This document shows, in pieces, positions 30,901 through 39,834 of a DNA stretch of 64,000 nucleotides (within the stretch, counting starts at the first letter, position 1; each line of letters opens with the position of its first letter). The stretch spans positions 3,328,001 through 3,392,000 of the forward strand of contig OZ244799.1 of the NCBI GenBank assembly GCA_965219955.1, in the 5' to 3' direction. The notes under the pieces were generated by a model. That model was given only the letters and a program-made list of their open reading frames with translations, was not told where the DNA came from and searched no databases. The translations under genes were made by a program, and so were the position numbers. This stretch comes from a bacterium. GTDB lineage: Bacteria > UBA8248.

Positions 30901-32118
30901 TCATCCGCCTGCAATCGGCGGCGCGTCCGAGACCCATTTTCCGTCTATCATCGCGGCGATCAGCTCAAGGGAACCGGGTTCGAGAACGCAAATATCCGCG
31001 CGCAGACCCGGGGCGAGACGGCCCCGGGCGGATCCCAGGCCAAGGACGCGCGCGGGGTTTCGCGTGGCCGTCGCCAGGGCGCATGCGGCATCGAGCCCGC
31101 ACCATTCCCGAAGGCGCGGGAGCATTCGAGACAGCGAGAGACGGCTGCCGCTCAACACGCCCCCGCGCATCACCGCGTCGACCGGCATCTCATCTTTCGT
31201 CTCGTGCGCGGCGTCTCGAGGCCTTAAGCCTCCATCGGCCACCAGGTCCGAGGTGAGCACCGTCCGCTCCCAGCCCCTGGCGCGGACGAACGAGGCGAGC
31301 GATTGCCGTGCCACGTGCACGCCGTCCGCTATCAGGCCGGCGGAGAGCCTCGCATCGTTCTGCACGTAATCCATCGGCGAGGCGCTCCTGTGCGCGGGCG
31401 TCTCCGGATGGCCGTAGCTATTGAACGCATGAACCGCGAAAGCGCCGCCCGCCTCCAGAAACGCCTCCACGCAAGCGGCTGAAGCCCGGGTGTGTCCCAT
31501 GGCGGGAACGACGCCCTTCTCCGCCAGCCAGCGGGCGAAGTCCGCAGCGCCCTCCAAGCCCGGTGAGAGCGTGACCACAGCAAGCCCCGGCGCGCCGCCC
31601 ACACCAAAGCCCCCGGCGGCCCGGGCGATCGCCTCGACCTCCTCTTTCGAGGGCGCGCGGATGTGCTCTTGCGGATGAGCGCCCCTCATCTCCGGTTCCA
31701 GGTAAGGGCCCTCCAGGTGAACGCCCAGGATGCGCGCCTCGGCAGCGTCTTCTTCTCGTTGCAGCGCCCAGGCATCGCTCACCGCGCGGGCGGCGTTGAT
31801 CAACTCGTCCCGGGAAGCCGTGGTGAGGGTGGGCAGAAAAGCCGCCGTGCCGCGCTTCGCCAACTCCCGGGCGATCCGCCGCACGCCGGCGGCGTCGGCC
31901 GCGAGCATCGCATCCGCCCCCAGGCCGTTCACCTGAAGATCCACGAAACCGGGACAAACCAGCGCGCCGCCCAGGTCGAGGGCGCGCGCTCCGGCAGGCA
32001 AGGGATGCGCGCCTCGCGGACCCACATACGAAAAAACGCCCTCCTCGATAACGAGGAGGGCGTCGGCTATCCTCTCGAGCGGCGTATACGCCGTCACGCC
32101 CGCGAGGCACAGGGCCAT
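30901..32118 (-). CDS. nagA: N-acetylglucosamine-6-phosphate deacetylase family
   Basis: PGFVDLQVNG, FLPTLTT, GVHLEGPY, GAHP, GHT, IADGVH and NPAR motifs. Confidence 0.8.
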   Translation of the reverse strand: MALCLAGVTAYTPLERIADALLVIEEGVFSYVGPRGAHPLPAGARALDLGGALVCPGFVDLQVNGLGADAMLAADAAGVRRIARELAKRGTAAFLPTLTTASRDELINAARAVSDAWALQREEDAAEARILGVHLEGPYLEPEMRGAHPQEHIRAPSKEEVEAIARAAGGFGVGGAPGLAVVTLSPGLEGAADFARWLAEKGVVPAMGHTRASAACVEAFLEAGGAFAVHAFNSYGHPETPAHRSASPMDYVQNDARLSAGLIADGVHVARQSLASFVRARGWERTVLTSDLVADGGLRPRDAAHETKDEMPVDAVMRGGVLSGSRLSLSRMLPRLREWCGLDAACALATATRNPARVLGLGSARGRLAPGLRADICVLEPGSLELIAAMIDGKWVSDAPPIAGG

Positions 32119-32127
32119 GGCGCGGGC

Positions 32128-32733
32128 CTACTTCTTCTTTGCGCTTTTTTTCAGTTCGGCGCGCACCTTCGCGTTCGCGTCGATGAGCGACTCGATGTTC
32201 CCTTTCGCCACCTCATACAGGGAGGATTGCACGCGCTCGAGTATCAGGCGGCCCGCCAGGGTCGTCACACCCGGAACCTTGGGCGGCGCTTCCCTGTCAT
32301 TCGAGCCTTTTGCAATATCCTCGATGTCCTTGAGGATGTCCCGGTCGTCGTAGAGTTCACTCTCCCCGTACTGATAGGTGAGCTTCACGTAGTCTCTTTC
32401 TTTTCTTTCCTGATCGCGCGTCTCGCGGACGATGTTCTCCATGTCGGCGGAAACGGGTTTTTTCGCCGAGTCGTTGCGCTTTTCGATCTGCTTGAAGTAC
32501 TTGGCGTGATCATAGGATGCGGGCAGTTCCTCGCCGGGTATCTTCGAGCTGATCTCGAAGCGAATCGCCCTGTCCGAATCCACGAATTTCGGCGGGCCGA
32601 TTTCGTAGGTGATGCCCTCGACGTTGAACCGATCTCCCTTCTTGGGCTCGAATTGTTTCTGCAAATCTTTCGTCAACCGGTTCAGCGTGACGGAAGCGGT
32701 TTCGATGAAAAGCTGCGCTTGAAGTGAAGACAT
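32128..32733 (-). CDS. Hypothetical protein
   Basis: Host-like codon usage from MSSLQAQ, first gene of a minus-strand run with nagA. No motif recognised. Confidence 0.7.
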   Translation of the reverse strand: MSSLQAQLFIETASVTLNRLTKDLQKQFEPKKGDRFNVEGITYEIGPPKFVDSDRAIRFEISSKIPGEELPASYDHAKYFKQIEKRNDSAKKPVSADMENIVRETRDQERKERDYVKLTYQYGESELYDDRDILKDIEDIAKGSNDREAPPKVPGVTTLAGRLILERVQSSLYEVAKGNIESLIDANAKVRAELKKSAKKK

Positions 32734-32943
32734 TTTTTCGATCTCCTCGGCATCGAAGAACAAATCAGAGGATGGAACATGCCCTAGCGGAAAGAATGCG
32801 TCAAGACCCCGGGAGGCATTCCCGGAACCTGCAGAGACATCAAAGAAAGCATCCCCGTTTCCATCGGCGAAGGAGGATATATGTGATATGGTCGGACTTT
32901 TCAAGCGCTTCATCCTTCAATCCTTGACAAGGAGCATTTCCAG

Positions 32944-33870
32944 ATGGCAGGGCCCGTCCACATCCGCATCGGGGGCTATTCCCCGCCCGACACCTCCCAC
33001 AGCCGCGCGATGGTTCTCTTCCGGGAGAAGATGAGCGAGCGGCTCGGCGGCGGCGTCAAGACGGACATCTTCTGGAACGTGATGGACTTCGGCTACGGCG
33101 CGCCCGACCTGCTCGCCATGGTGGAATGCGGGATGCTCGGCTTGTGCTATTTCTCGACGAGCTATCTCGCCGACAGGGTGCCCGAACTGGAAATCGTCGA
33201 CCTTCCTTTTTTGTTCGAGGATTCCGCCCACGCCTACGGCGCGCTCGACGGCGCGCTCGGCGCGCACTTGAGCGAGCGAATCGAGGCGCAGACCGGCTAC
33301 AGGAACCTGGGCTTCTGGGACAACGGCTTCCGCCACCTCTCGAACAGCGTCCGCGACGTAAGGACGCCCGAGGATTGCCGGGGTCTCAGAATCCGCCTGC
33401 AGCCCAACGAGACGCACGTCAGGACCTTCGAACTCCTGGGCGCCGAGCCCGTACCGGTGGAGCTCAAGGAGGGAATCGCCATGATCGAATCGGGCGAGGT
33501 GGACGCGCAGGAAAACCCGCTTTCGAACACCGTCACCTACGGCGTCACGAACCACCAAAGGCGCATCACGATGAGCGGGCACTTCTACGGCGCGCGCGCC
33601 CTGCTCGCCCACCGGGAGAGCTTTGGCGCCTGGCCCGCTGAAGTCCAGGAGGCGGCGCGCGCGTGCATCCGCGAAGCCATCGACCACCAAAGAGAGGCCG
33701 CCCAGGCGGGGGAGATCGCGATTCGCAGGCGCCTCGAAGAAGAGGGGGTCTCTTTCGTGGACCTGACGGAGGAGGAACGCGCGGCGTTCACGGAGGCCAC
33801 GGAACCCATCCGCGCCGAAGCGAGAGAAAGGCTCGGGGATTCACTCTTCGATCTGGCCGGGAGAACATAG
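32944..33870 (+). CDS. TRAP transporter DctP-family solute-binding protein, no signal peptide
   Basis: DLPFLF, WDNGFRHL, GLRIR and VDAQENP motifs. Starts MAGPVHIRIGGY directly after an AAGGAG RBS. Confidence 0.88.
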   Translation: MAGPVHIRIGGYSPPDTSHSRAMVLFREKMSERLGGGVKTDIFWNVMDFGYGAPDLLAMVECGMLGLCYFSTSYLADRVPELEIVDLPFLFEDSAHAYGALDGALGAHLSERIEAQTGYRNLGFWDNGFRHLSNSVRDVRTPEDCRGLRIRLQPNETHVRTFELLGAEPVPVELKEGIAMIESGEVDAQENPLSNTVTYGVTNHQRRITMSGHFYGARALLAHRESFGAWPAEVQEAARACIREAIDHQREAAQAGEIAIRRRLEEEGVSFVDLTEEERAAFTEATEPIRAEARERLGDSLFDLAGRT

Positions 33871-33994
33871 AAAAGAACGGCCTCCGGCGCAGCCGTGCCC
33901 TCCACTCCTCGCCATCACACCCTCACTCCGGTTAAAATCTATCTCCAGACAGCGCGAATCGAAAACAGGTTATTCATAGAAGGCGCGGAAGACC

Positions 33995-34984
33995 TTGCGT
34001 ATAGGCTACATTGCCGCATCCCTGATCGGCATCACCATCGTCGGCACGATCGGCTATACCCTGATTGAGGGATGGTCGCTCGTCGAGTCATTCTATATGA
34101 CGATGATCACGGTCACGACCGTCGGCTTCAACGAGGTGCGTGAACTGAGCACCACAGGGCGCATGTTCACCGTGGCGATCATGCTCCTGGGCGTGGGCCT
34201 GGTGTTCTACGGAATCGCCATCATCGCCGAGGTGAGGTTCGAAGAGCGGGTGCGTCAGATTTTCGGGAGGCGAAAACTGGTGAAAGAACTCGACAGACTC
34301 GAAAACCATCACATCATCTGCGGGTACGGGCGCATCGGCTCCACCGTCGCGGCGGAATACGCCAGAGAGTCGCTGCCCCACGTCATCATCGAGAGCGACG
34401 AGTCCATCGCCGCGCACCTCGATCAGGACGGGCGCCTGGTGATCCTCGGCGACGCCACGCTGGATGAAATCCTCATGGAGGCGCACGTGGAGAAGGCGAA
34501 GAGCCTCGTCTGCGCCCTGGCCACCGACGCGGAAAACGTGTTCGTCACCCTCTCGGCGCGGGCGCTGAACCCCGATCTCTTCATCCTGAGCCGCGCGGCG
34601 CTCGAGAGTTCCATCGGCAAGATGGAGGCGGCGGGCGCGAACCACGTGGTCTCGCCCTACATCATGGGCGGCATGCGCATGGCGCAGTCCGTTCTGAGAC
34701 CCAAACTCGCCGGCTTTCTCGACGAGGTGACCGGCCACGCGACGACGGACCTGGACTTCGACGAGGTGACCGTGCCCGAGGGTTCGAACCTGGTCGGCAT
34801 GGCGCTCCGGGAATCGAAGATCAGCCAGGAAACCGGGGTATACCTGCTCTCCATCCGCCACAACAGCGGGGAGATGCGCTTCAACCCGGGGCCTGATTTT
34901 CAGATCCAGGCGGGAGACCACCTCTACGCCCTGGGCACGCCCGAAGAGGTGGAATCCCTGCGAAAGCGCGTTCACGCAAAATAG
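33995..34984 (+). CDS. 2-TM potassium channel with RCK (TrkA-N/TrkA-C) domains
   Basis: Pore TVTTVGFNE, HHIICGYGRIG and GDAT motifs, C-terminal FNP. Confidence 0.9.
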   Translation: MRIGYIAASLIGITIVGTIGYTLIEGWSLVESFYMTMITVTTVGFNEVRELSTTGRMFTVAIMLLGVGLVFYGIAIIAEVRFEERVRQIFGRRKLVKELDRLENHHIICGYGRIGSTVAAEYARESLPHVIIESDESIAAHLDQDGRLVILGDATLDEILMEAHVEKAKSLVCALATDAENVFVTLSARALNPDLFILSRAALESSIGKMEAAGANHVVSPYIMGGMRMAQSVLRPKLAGFLDEVTGHATTDLDFDEVTVPEGSNLVGMALRESKISQETGVYLLSIRHNSGEMRFNPGPDFQIQAGDHLYALGTPEEVESLRKRVHAK

Positions 34985-35000
34985 CGGGCTCCCCGCTCCG

Positions 35001-35329
35001 GGGTTGTTGAAAAAGTCCACATTTCAGGGGTAGAGGAGAAGCTCCTCTCGGATAGAAAGGCCCACCCTACCCCCCTGTCGGGTCTGTTGAAAAAGTCATT
35101 ATTTCGAGATCCGGCGTATATTACCTACCGGGGAGAGAGAAGAATCACTCCCCCTTGAGGGGGAGTGATTACGGACTGGCGCGGTGGTTCTGGAAGGACA
35201 GGTCGCGACCTGTCCCTACGCATGTATGCGCCCCTTCGCTTCTGTTCGTCATTCCGGCTTTCGCCGGAATGACGGTGAACAATCTCGACCAGAGGCAAGA
35301 ACTCCTTAGGGGGACTTTTTCAGCAACCC
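35001..35329. repeat. Mosaic of IS-end remnants and REP-like palindromes
   Basis: GGGTTGTTGAAAAAGTCC (35001) and GGACTTTTTCAGCAACCC (~35312-35329), with an internal second end at 35081. Also a CACTCCCCCTTGAGGGGGAGTG hairpin, AGGACAGGTCGCGACCTGTCCCTAC and CGTCATTCCGGCTTTCGCCGGAATGACG. Confidence 0.8.
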
Positions 35330-35341
35330 AACTTCGCCCCG

Positions 35342-36076
35342 CTAATCGAGGGCGTCCAGCTTCAGACCTTCCGCCAGGCGCAACAGCCTGTCTGCGGCCT
35401 CGGTTCCGGGGGCTGCGCGCGCGATAATCTCGTCCACTTCCGCCAGATGGGGGATTACACCCAAGAGCGGGGCGTCCGCACCGCAAAGCTCGGCGACCGC
35501 CGCCGGGTTGCGCTCCGCCGCCGGCGTGGCCTCTCCCGTCGTGTCGGAGAGGATAACGCCCAGAACCCTAAGACCCTGCCTTTTCGCCTCCCGCACGCTC
35601 AAGAGCGTGTGGTTGATGGTTCCCAGCCCCAGCGGGGCGACGAGCACGAGGGGCAGATTCGAGGCCAGGGCCAGATCGCTCATCAAGACGCTTTCAGTTA
35701 AAGGGGCGAGTAAACCGCCCGCCCCCTCGACGAGCAGGGGGCCGCCTTCTTTTTTGAGGGCTTCAATCGAACCTGCGATGCTTTCCAAATCCGGCGGCTC
35801 GCCCTCGCGCTCGGCCGCATGAGCGGGCGTCAAGGGAACTTCGTATCTGTAGGGGCAAATCTCCTCAAGCGGCCTCGGGTCGCCCGCCGCCGTCTTGAGA
35901 GCCAGGGCGTCGCGGGGGACGAGGCGACCATCTTTAAGAACGCAGCCTGATTCGGCGGGCTTCATCACCCTGGGGCTTCTCTCCGCAGCCGCCCAGTGGG
36001 CCGCGATAACGCAGCCCGCCACCGTCTTTCCCACGCCGGTTCCCGTTCCGGTCAAAAAGATGGCAATATCGGACAT
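35342..36076 (-). CDS. bioD: Dethiobiotin synthase
   Basis: FLTGTGTGVGKT, MKPAESG, LVEGAGGLLAP and LGTINHTLL motifs. Confidence 0.94.
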   Translation of the reverse strand: MSDIAIFLTGTGTGVGKTVAGCVIAAHWAAAERSPRVMKPAESGCVLKDGRLVPRDALALKTAAGDPRPLEEICPYRYEVPLTPAHAAEREGEPPDLESIAGSIEALKKEGGPLLVEGAGGLLAPLTESVLMSDLALASNLPLVLVAPLGLGTINHTLLSVREAKRQGLRVLGVILSDTTGEATPAAERNPAAVAELCGADAPLLGVIPHLAEVDEIIARAAPGTEAADRLLRLAEGLKLDALD

Positions 36077-36102
36077 CGGATGAACCTCATGAGGAGCCGA
36101 AA

Positions 36103-36333
36103 ATGAGCCGCGCCGAAACCATCGACCTCACGGGCGAACTCTGCCCCATGAACTGGGTGCGTACCAAGCTCGCCCTCGAGGCGATGGCGCCGGGCGATAC
36201 GCTCGAAGTATGGCTCGACGCGGGCGAGGCCGCCACCAGCGTTCGCAAGAGCGCCGCCGCCGAGGGCCACGCCGTCCAGAGCGCGACGCCGGATGATGAG
36301 GGCCACGTGAGGGTTGTTATCAGGAAGGGGTGA
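36103..36333 (+). CDS. TusA/SirA family sulfur carrier
   Basis: IDLTGELCPMNWVRTKLALE, 76 aa. Confidence 0.85.
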   Translation: MSRAETIDLTGELCPMNWVRTKLALEAMAPGDTLEVWLDAGEAATSVRKSAAAEGHAVQSATPDDEGHVRVVIRKG

Positions 36334-36376
36334 ACTTCCAGGTTCTCGGCAAGCCTTCTGACAGTCTTTAATTTCC

Positions 36377-36520
36377 TGCCAAATAGCGTGTCAAATAGTG
36401 TGTCAAATAACAAAACTTAAGAACTTATCTCAAAAAGTAAGTTTGACAACTATATAATAATCATATATTTATGAATTTATATTCTTTGCCAAATAGCGTG
36501 CCAAATAACGTGTCAAATAA
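36377..36520 (+). promoter_or_regulatory. Two arrays of three 12-bp-period TGYCAAATA direct repeats upstream of the Fic gene
   Basis: Arrays at 36377-36410 and 36487-36520, with an inverted copy overlapping TTGACA at ~36442-36448. Confidence 0.65.
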
Positions 36521-36529
36521 GGAGATAAA

Positions 36530-37720
36530 TTGGACTGGAAAAAGTTCAGATTCGAATATCGATACGAAAATTCAGGCTTCAGAAATACCATTGTCTCCAT
36601 AGAGGCGTCCAAAGAAGCGGCTATAAGCCTCATTCTCCCTCCTGATTGGAGAGAGACATTGAACAAGCTCAACCGCGTCCGCGCCATTCACGGCACCACG
36701 GCCATCGAGGGAAACCCCCTTTCAGAAGCCGAAGTTTCAAGGCAAATCGAGGCTCAGGAGCAATCCACCGATCATCATGAAGCAACGCAACTCAGCAAGG
36801 AGCAAATTCAGATCAGAAACGCCGGAGCCGCGCAAACGTGGATCCAAGAGAGGTTCCAACCCGGCAGCGACCCTTTTGCTCTCACTGACATTTTAACCAT
36901 GCACAAAATGATCACCGAGAACGCCGACATGACGGATAACGCACCCGGGCGGTTGAGAGCCTTTTCGGTTACCGTCGGAAGCCCTTCTTTGGGAGGCGTT
37001 CACAGGGGCGCGCCGCATGAGGAACTGCCCGGTTTGATGAATGAATACATCGAATTTTTGCGATCCCGCAAAATGGAGGCGGAACACTCCGCCATACGTG
37101 CGCTACTTGCGCATTTTTTCCTGGTGACCATCCACCCGTTCGGCGATGGGAACGGCAGAGCTTCCCGCCTGGTGGAGGCGGGAATCTTGTTCCAGGGGGG
37201 GTATAACGTGCATGGGTTCTATGGGCTGTCGAATTATTTCTACCGTCACGACGATGAATACAAAAGACTTCTTCAAAAGTGTAGAGAAGAACAACCCTTC
37301 GACGTTACTCCGTTCATTGCTTTTGGTTTGCAGGGTTTCATGGAAGAGTTGAAAGGAATCAACAATTTCATCAACACGAAACTCAATCGAATCGTCTATC
37401 GAAACATGCTTGTGCAGGCGCGCAATAAGAAGATATCCGAAAGGAGACACTTGATTAACGACAGGGAATACAATCTCCTTGATTTTTTAATCGCAGAAAC
37501 CGAACCCGTCGACCCATTCTCCGAGCAACCCTCAAGGGTGATTGGCGCTACGGAATTGATCGGATCTCCGTATATTCGAGGAGCATACAAGAACGTAACC
37601 ACGAGAACTTTCATCAGAGAATTGCTCCGACTTGAGCAATTTGGCTTTATCAAAGTCACGGATACACCACCTAATGACCTGAATATTGAACTGGACTTTG
37701 ACGCTATAGGGAAATACTGA
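36530..37720 (+). CDS. Fic family protein (class II-type) with probable C-terminal winged HTH
   Basis: HPFGDGNGRASR catalytic motif and N-terminal TTAIEGN autoinhibitory motif. Lower GC than neighbours. Confidence 0.92.
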   Translation: MDWKKFRFEYRYENSGFRNTIVSIEASKEAAISLILPPDWRETLNKLNRVRAIHGTTAIEGNPLSEAEVSRQIEAQEQSTDHHEATQLSKEQIQIRNAGAAQTWIQERFQPGSDPFALTDILTMHKMITENADMTDNAPGRLRAFSVTVGSPSLGGVHRGAPHEELPGLMNEYIEFLRSRKMEAEHSAIRALLAHFFLVTIHPFGDGNGRASRLVEAGILFQGGYNVHGFYGLSNYFYRHDDEYKRLLQKCREEQPFDVTPFIAFGLQGFMEELKGINNFINTKLNRIVYRNMLVQARNKKISERRHLINDREYNLLDFLIAETEPVDPFSEQPSRVIGATELIGSPYIRGAYKNVTTRTFIRELLRLEQFGFIKVTDTPPNDLNIELDFDAIGKY

Positions 37721-37746
37721 ATTGCCTCATTCGAGGGTCGCCCCTC

Positions 37747-38226
37747 TCACGGCAGGGGCTCATCCTTTATCCACCGCGCGAGAGCCTTCTCGGGGTCTGC
37801 GATTTCATCGAGCGAGGTGTAGTAGTAGGCCTCCCAGCCGACCTCGGGCAGGCCGGTGAAGACCATGAGGTTCAGCGGATAGGCCTCGCAATCGGTCGAG
37901 CGCCTGAAATCGTCCCGGAACAAGAAGACGGGCTTCCCCCAGGCGACCGCCATGCCGAGTTCCACCATCACGCCCTCATCGGGCGGACAGCCGTTGACCA
38001 CGCCGAAAAAGCCCGCCGCATCGCGCACGTCGCGCATGTCGTTCTGGCCGACGCGGTACGCCCAGCCGGGGCGCGCGAGCATCTCGGGCTGGTTGTTGCG
38101 CGAGAACGGCTCCCACACTTCGGCGCCCAAACCTTCGAGCGCCGCAACGAGCTCCTTCAGGGGCCCTTCGCGCTGCTGCAGGGAAAAGCCGTACGGGCTC
38201 GCCAGATACAGGGTCTTTTCGGTCAT
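37747..38226 (-). CDS. Nucleoside 2-deoxyribosyltransferase family protein
   Basis: LYLASP, DEGVMVELGMAVAWGKPV and NLM motifs. Confidence 0.85.
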   Translation of the reverse strand: MTEKTLYLASPYGFSLQQREGPLKELVAALEGLGAEVWEPFSRNNQPEMLARPGWAYRVGQNDMRDVRDAAGFFGVVNGCPPDEGVMVELGMAVAWGKPVFLFRDDFRRSTDCEAYPLNLMVFTGLPEVGWEAYYYTSLDEIADPEKALARWIKDEPLP

Positions 38227-38370
38227 TTTTTCATCCCTCGTCTCCCCCGTTTCACCTCGCGCCTTCGATAAGGGAGCGCGCCATACTCCCACACGATGAG
38301 AAGAGTCGTCCAGCGCGGGCGGGCGGCACCCGAAGCGGCGCATCCATCGACGCCTGCCTCCCGCGCGGCC

Positions 38371-39525
38371 TCACTCCACGTTCTCGCCAAAGGCGGCGAA
38401 GGCAAGCCCCGCGCACAGCGCAATCCCTGCGGCAACGTGGAGCAGGGTCACGAACCCCCAGATGGGGAGCAGCCAGCCCGCCAGCAGCGCGCCGAGCGTG
38501 GAACCGACCCCCCAGGTGGCGGCGCTGTAGAGGGATTGGGCCGTGTTCTTCGTCGCAGCACTGCTCAGGCGGTCGACGTACTGAATCGCGCCCGCGTGGA
38601 AGACGCCGAAGGCGACGCCGTGCAGAAGCTGGATGAGGATGAGCAAAACCGCATCCGTCGTGAGGGCGACGAACTCCCAGCGGAGGCCGGCGGCCATCAT
38701 GCCGGCGGCTATCATCCACTTGAGGCCGAACCTTCGCTGTATGGCCTGCGCGTAGATGAGAAAAACGATTTCGCTCACCACGCCCACCGTCCATGCCAGG
38801 GCGATCAGGTCCGCCGAAAGCCCGAGTTGTTTCAGCCTGATGCTGAAATAAATCCCGAAGGGTCCCGCGGAAATCGAGGCGAACGTCGTGGTGAGGAGGA
38901 AGACGGCGAGCGGGCTGCTTTTGAGCAAGAGGCTCAGATCGGCCCGGAAGCGCGGCCGCGCGCGCGCCGTCTCTCTCGGCAGATGATAGATGACGAAAAC
39001 GAGCAGGACGCCCACGCACGCCACGAACGGAAAGATGGAGGCGACCCCGGTGGTCTCGACCAGCCGCCCCGCGCCCATGGCCGCGACGATGAAGCCCAGC
39101 GACCCCCACAGGCGCACCCGGCCGTACTGCGCGCCGGTCGCCTCTATCTCGCGAAGACAGAGATTCTCCGCTATCGGCACGAGGGGGGCTCTGAGAGCAG
39201 AGAACAGCGTGATCAATATGAGCAGGGTGATAAAACCGCTCGCCCCCCACAGGAGAAGAGCTAAAAGAGAACTCGCGACGGCGCACGTGAAGGCCACACT
39301 CCTGCCCAGGCGGAACTTGTCCGCGAGCGCGCCGAACAGGGGGGGTGCTACCGCGCTCGAGAGGCGCGGCGCGGCGTTCAGCAGGCCGAGCTGGAACCCG
39401 CTCACGCCCGCGGAATGATAAAAGATGTTCAGAAACGGGAGCATGACGCCGACGGCGAAAAAATGCAGGAAATAAAACGCGGGCATCCGCCAGAAGGGGA
39501 CAGGGCCTGCGTCTTGCGCGCTCAT
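38371..39525 (-). CDS. MFS transporter (MFS_1-like)
   Basis: 12 TM helices, FGALADKF, YGRVRLWGSLGF and QLLHGVAFG motifs. Confidence 0.88.
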   Translation of the reverse strand: MSAQDAGPVPFWRMPAFYFLHFFAVGVMLPFLNIFYHSAGVSGFQLGLLNAAPRLSSAVAPPLFGALADKFRLGRSVAFTCAVASSLLALLLWGASGFITLLILITLFSALRAPLVPIAENLCLREIEATGAQYGRVRLWGSLGFIVAAMGAGRLVETTGVASIFPFVACVGVLLVFVIYHLPRETARARPRFRADLSLLLKSSPLAVFLLTTTFASISAGPFGIYFSIRLKQLGLSADLIALAWTVGVVSEIVFLIYAQAIQRRFGLKWMIAAGMMAAGLRWEFVALTTDAVLLILIQLLHGVAFGVFHAGAIQYVDRLSSAATKNTAQSLYSAATWGVGSTLGALLAGWLLPIWGFVTLLHVAAGIALCAGLAFAAFGENVE

Positions 39526-39834
39526 GGGCGCGCCCGGTGAATACGGGGCAACTGGAACCTCTCCACCCGGGCGGGAGAACCCATTCGACCACGATGCGGA
39601 AACGATTTCCACCCGCGCGGCGGTTTCTTCTTCGGCATGGTTTTGTTATTCTCCACGCGCGACGGGTTGTTTCGTTCCAAACCAACAGATCGAACGCCGT
39701 GCGGACCGTTCAGCCGCCCGGATTCAGGGGCCGCAGCGGCGAATCCAAAACCGACGAATCGCGGGTAACTCCCCCGGATGGGGGAATTTCATATAGCTTC
39801 TTCACCTCATGGCAATTCCAGCAGGAGCAAAATC

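Noticed and set aside
27084-31227. Long opposite-strand ORFs (27084-29606, 29020-31227; likewise 13433-15313 and others)
   Set aside because: Shadow ORFs antisense to well-supported genes, expected in GC-rich DNA, with no motifs.
36377-36520. CRISPR array
   Set aside because: The units are 12 bp, directly adjacent with no spacers, and there are no cas genes.
36530-38226. Fic plus nucleoside deoxyribosyltransferase as a two-gene defence system
   Set aside because: The genes are convergent and differ in composition. The NDT looks host-like and runs with the MFS gene.
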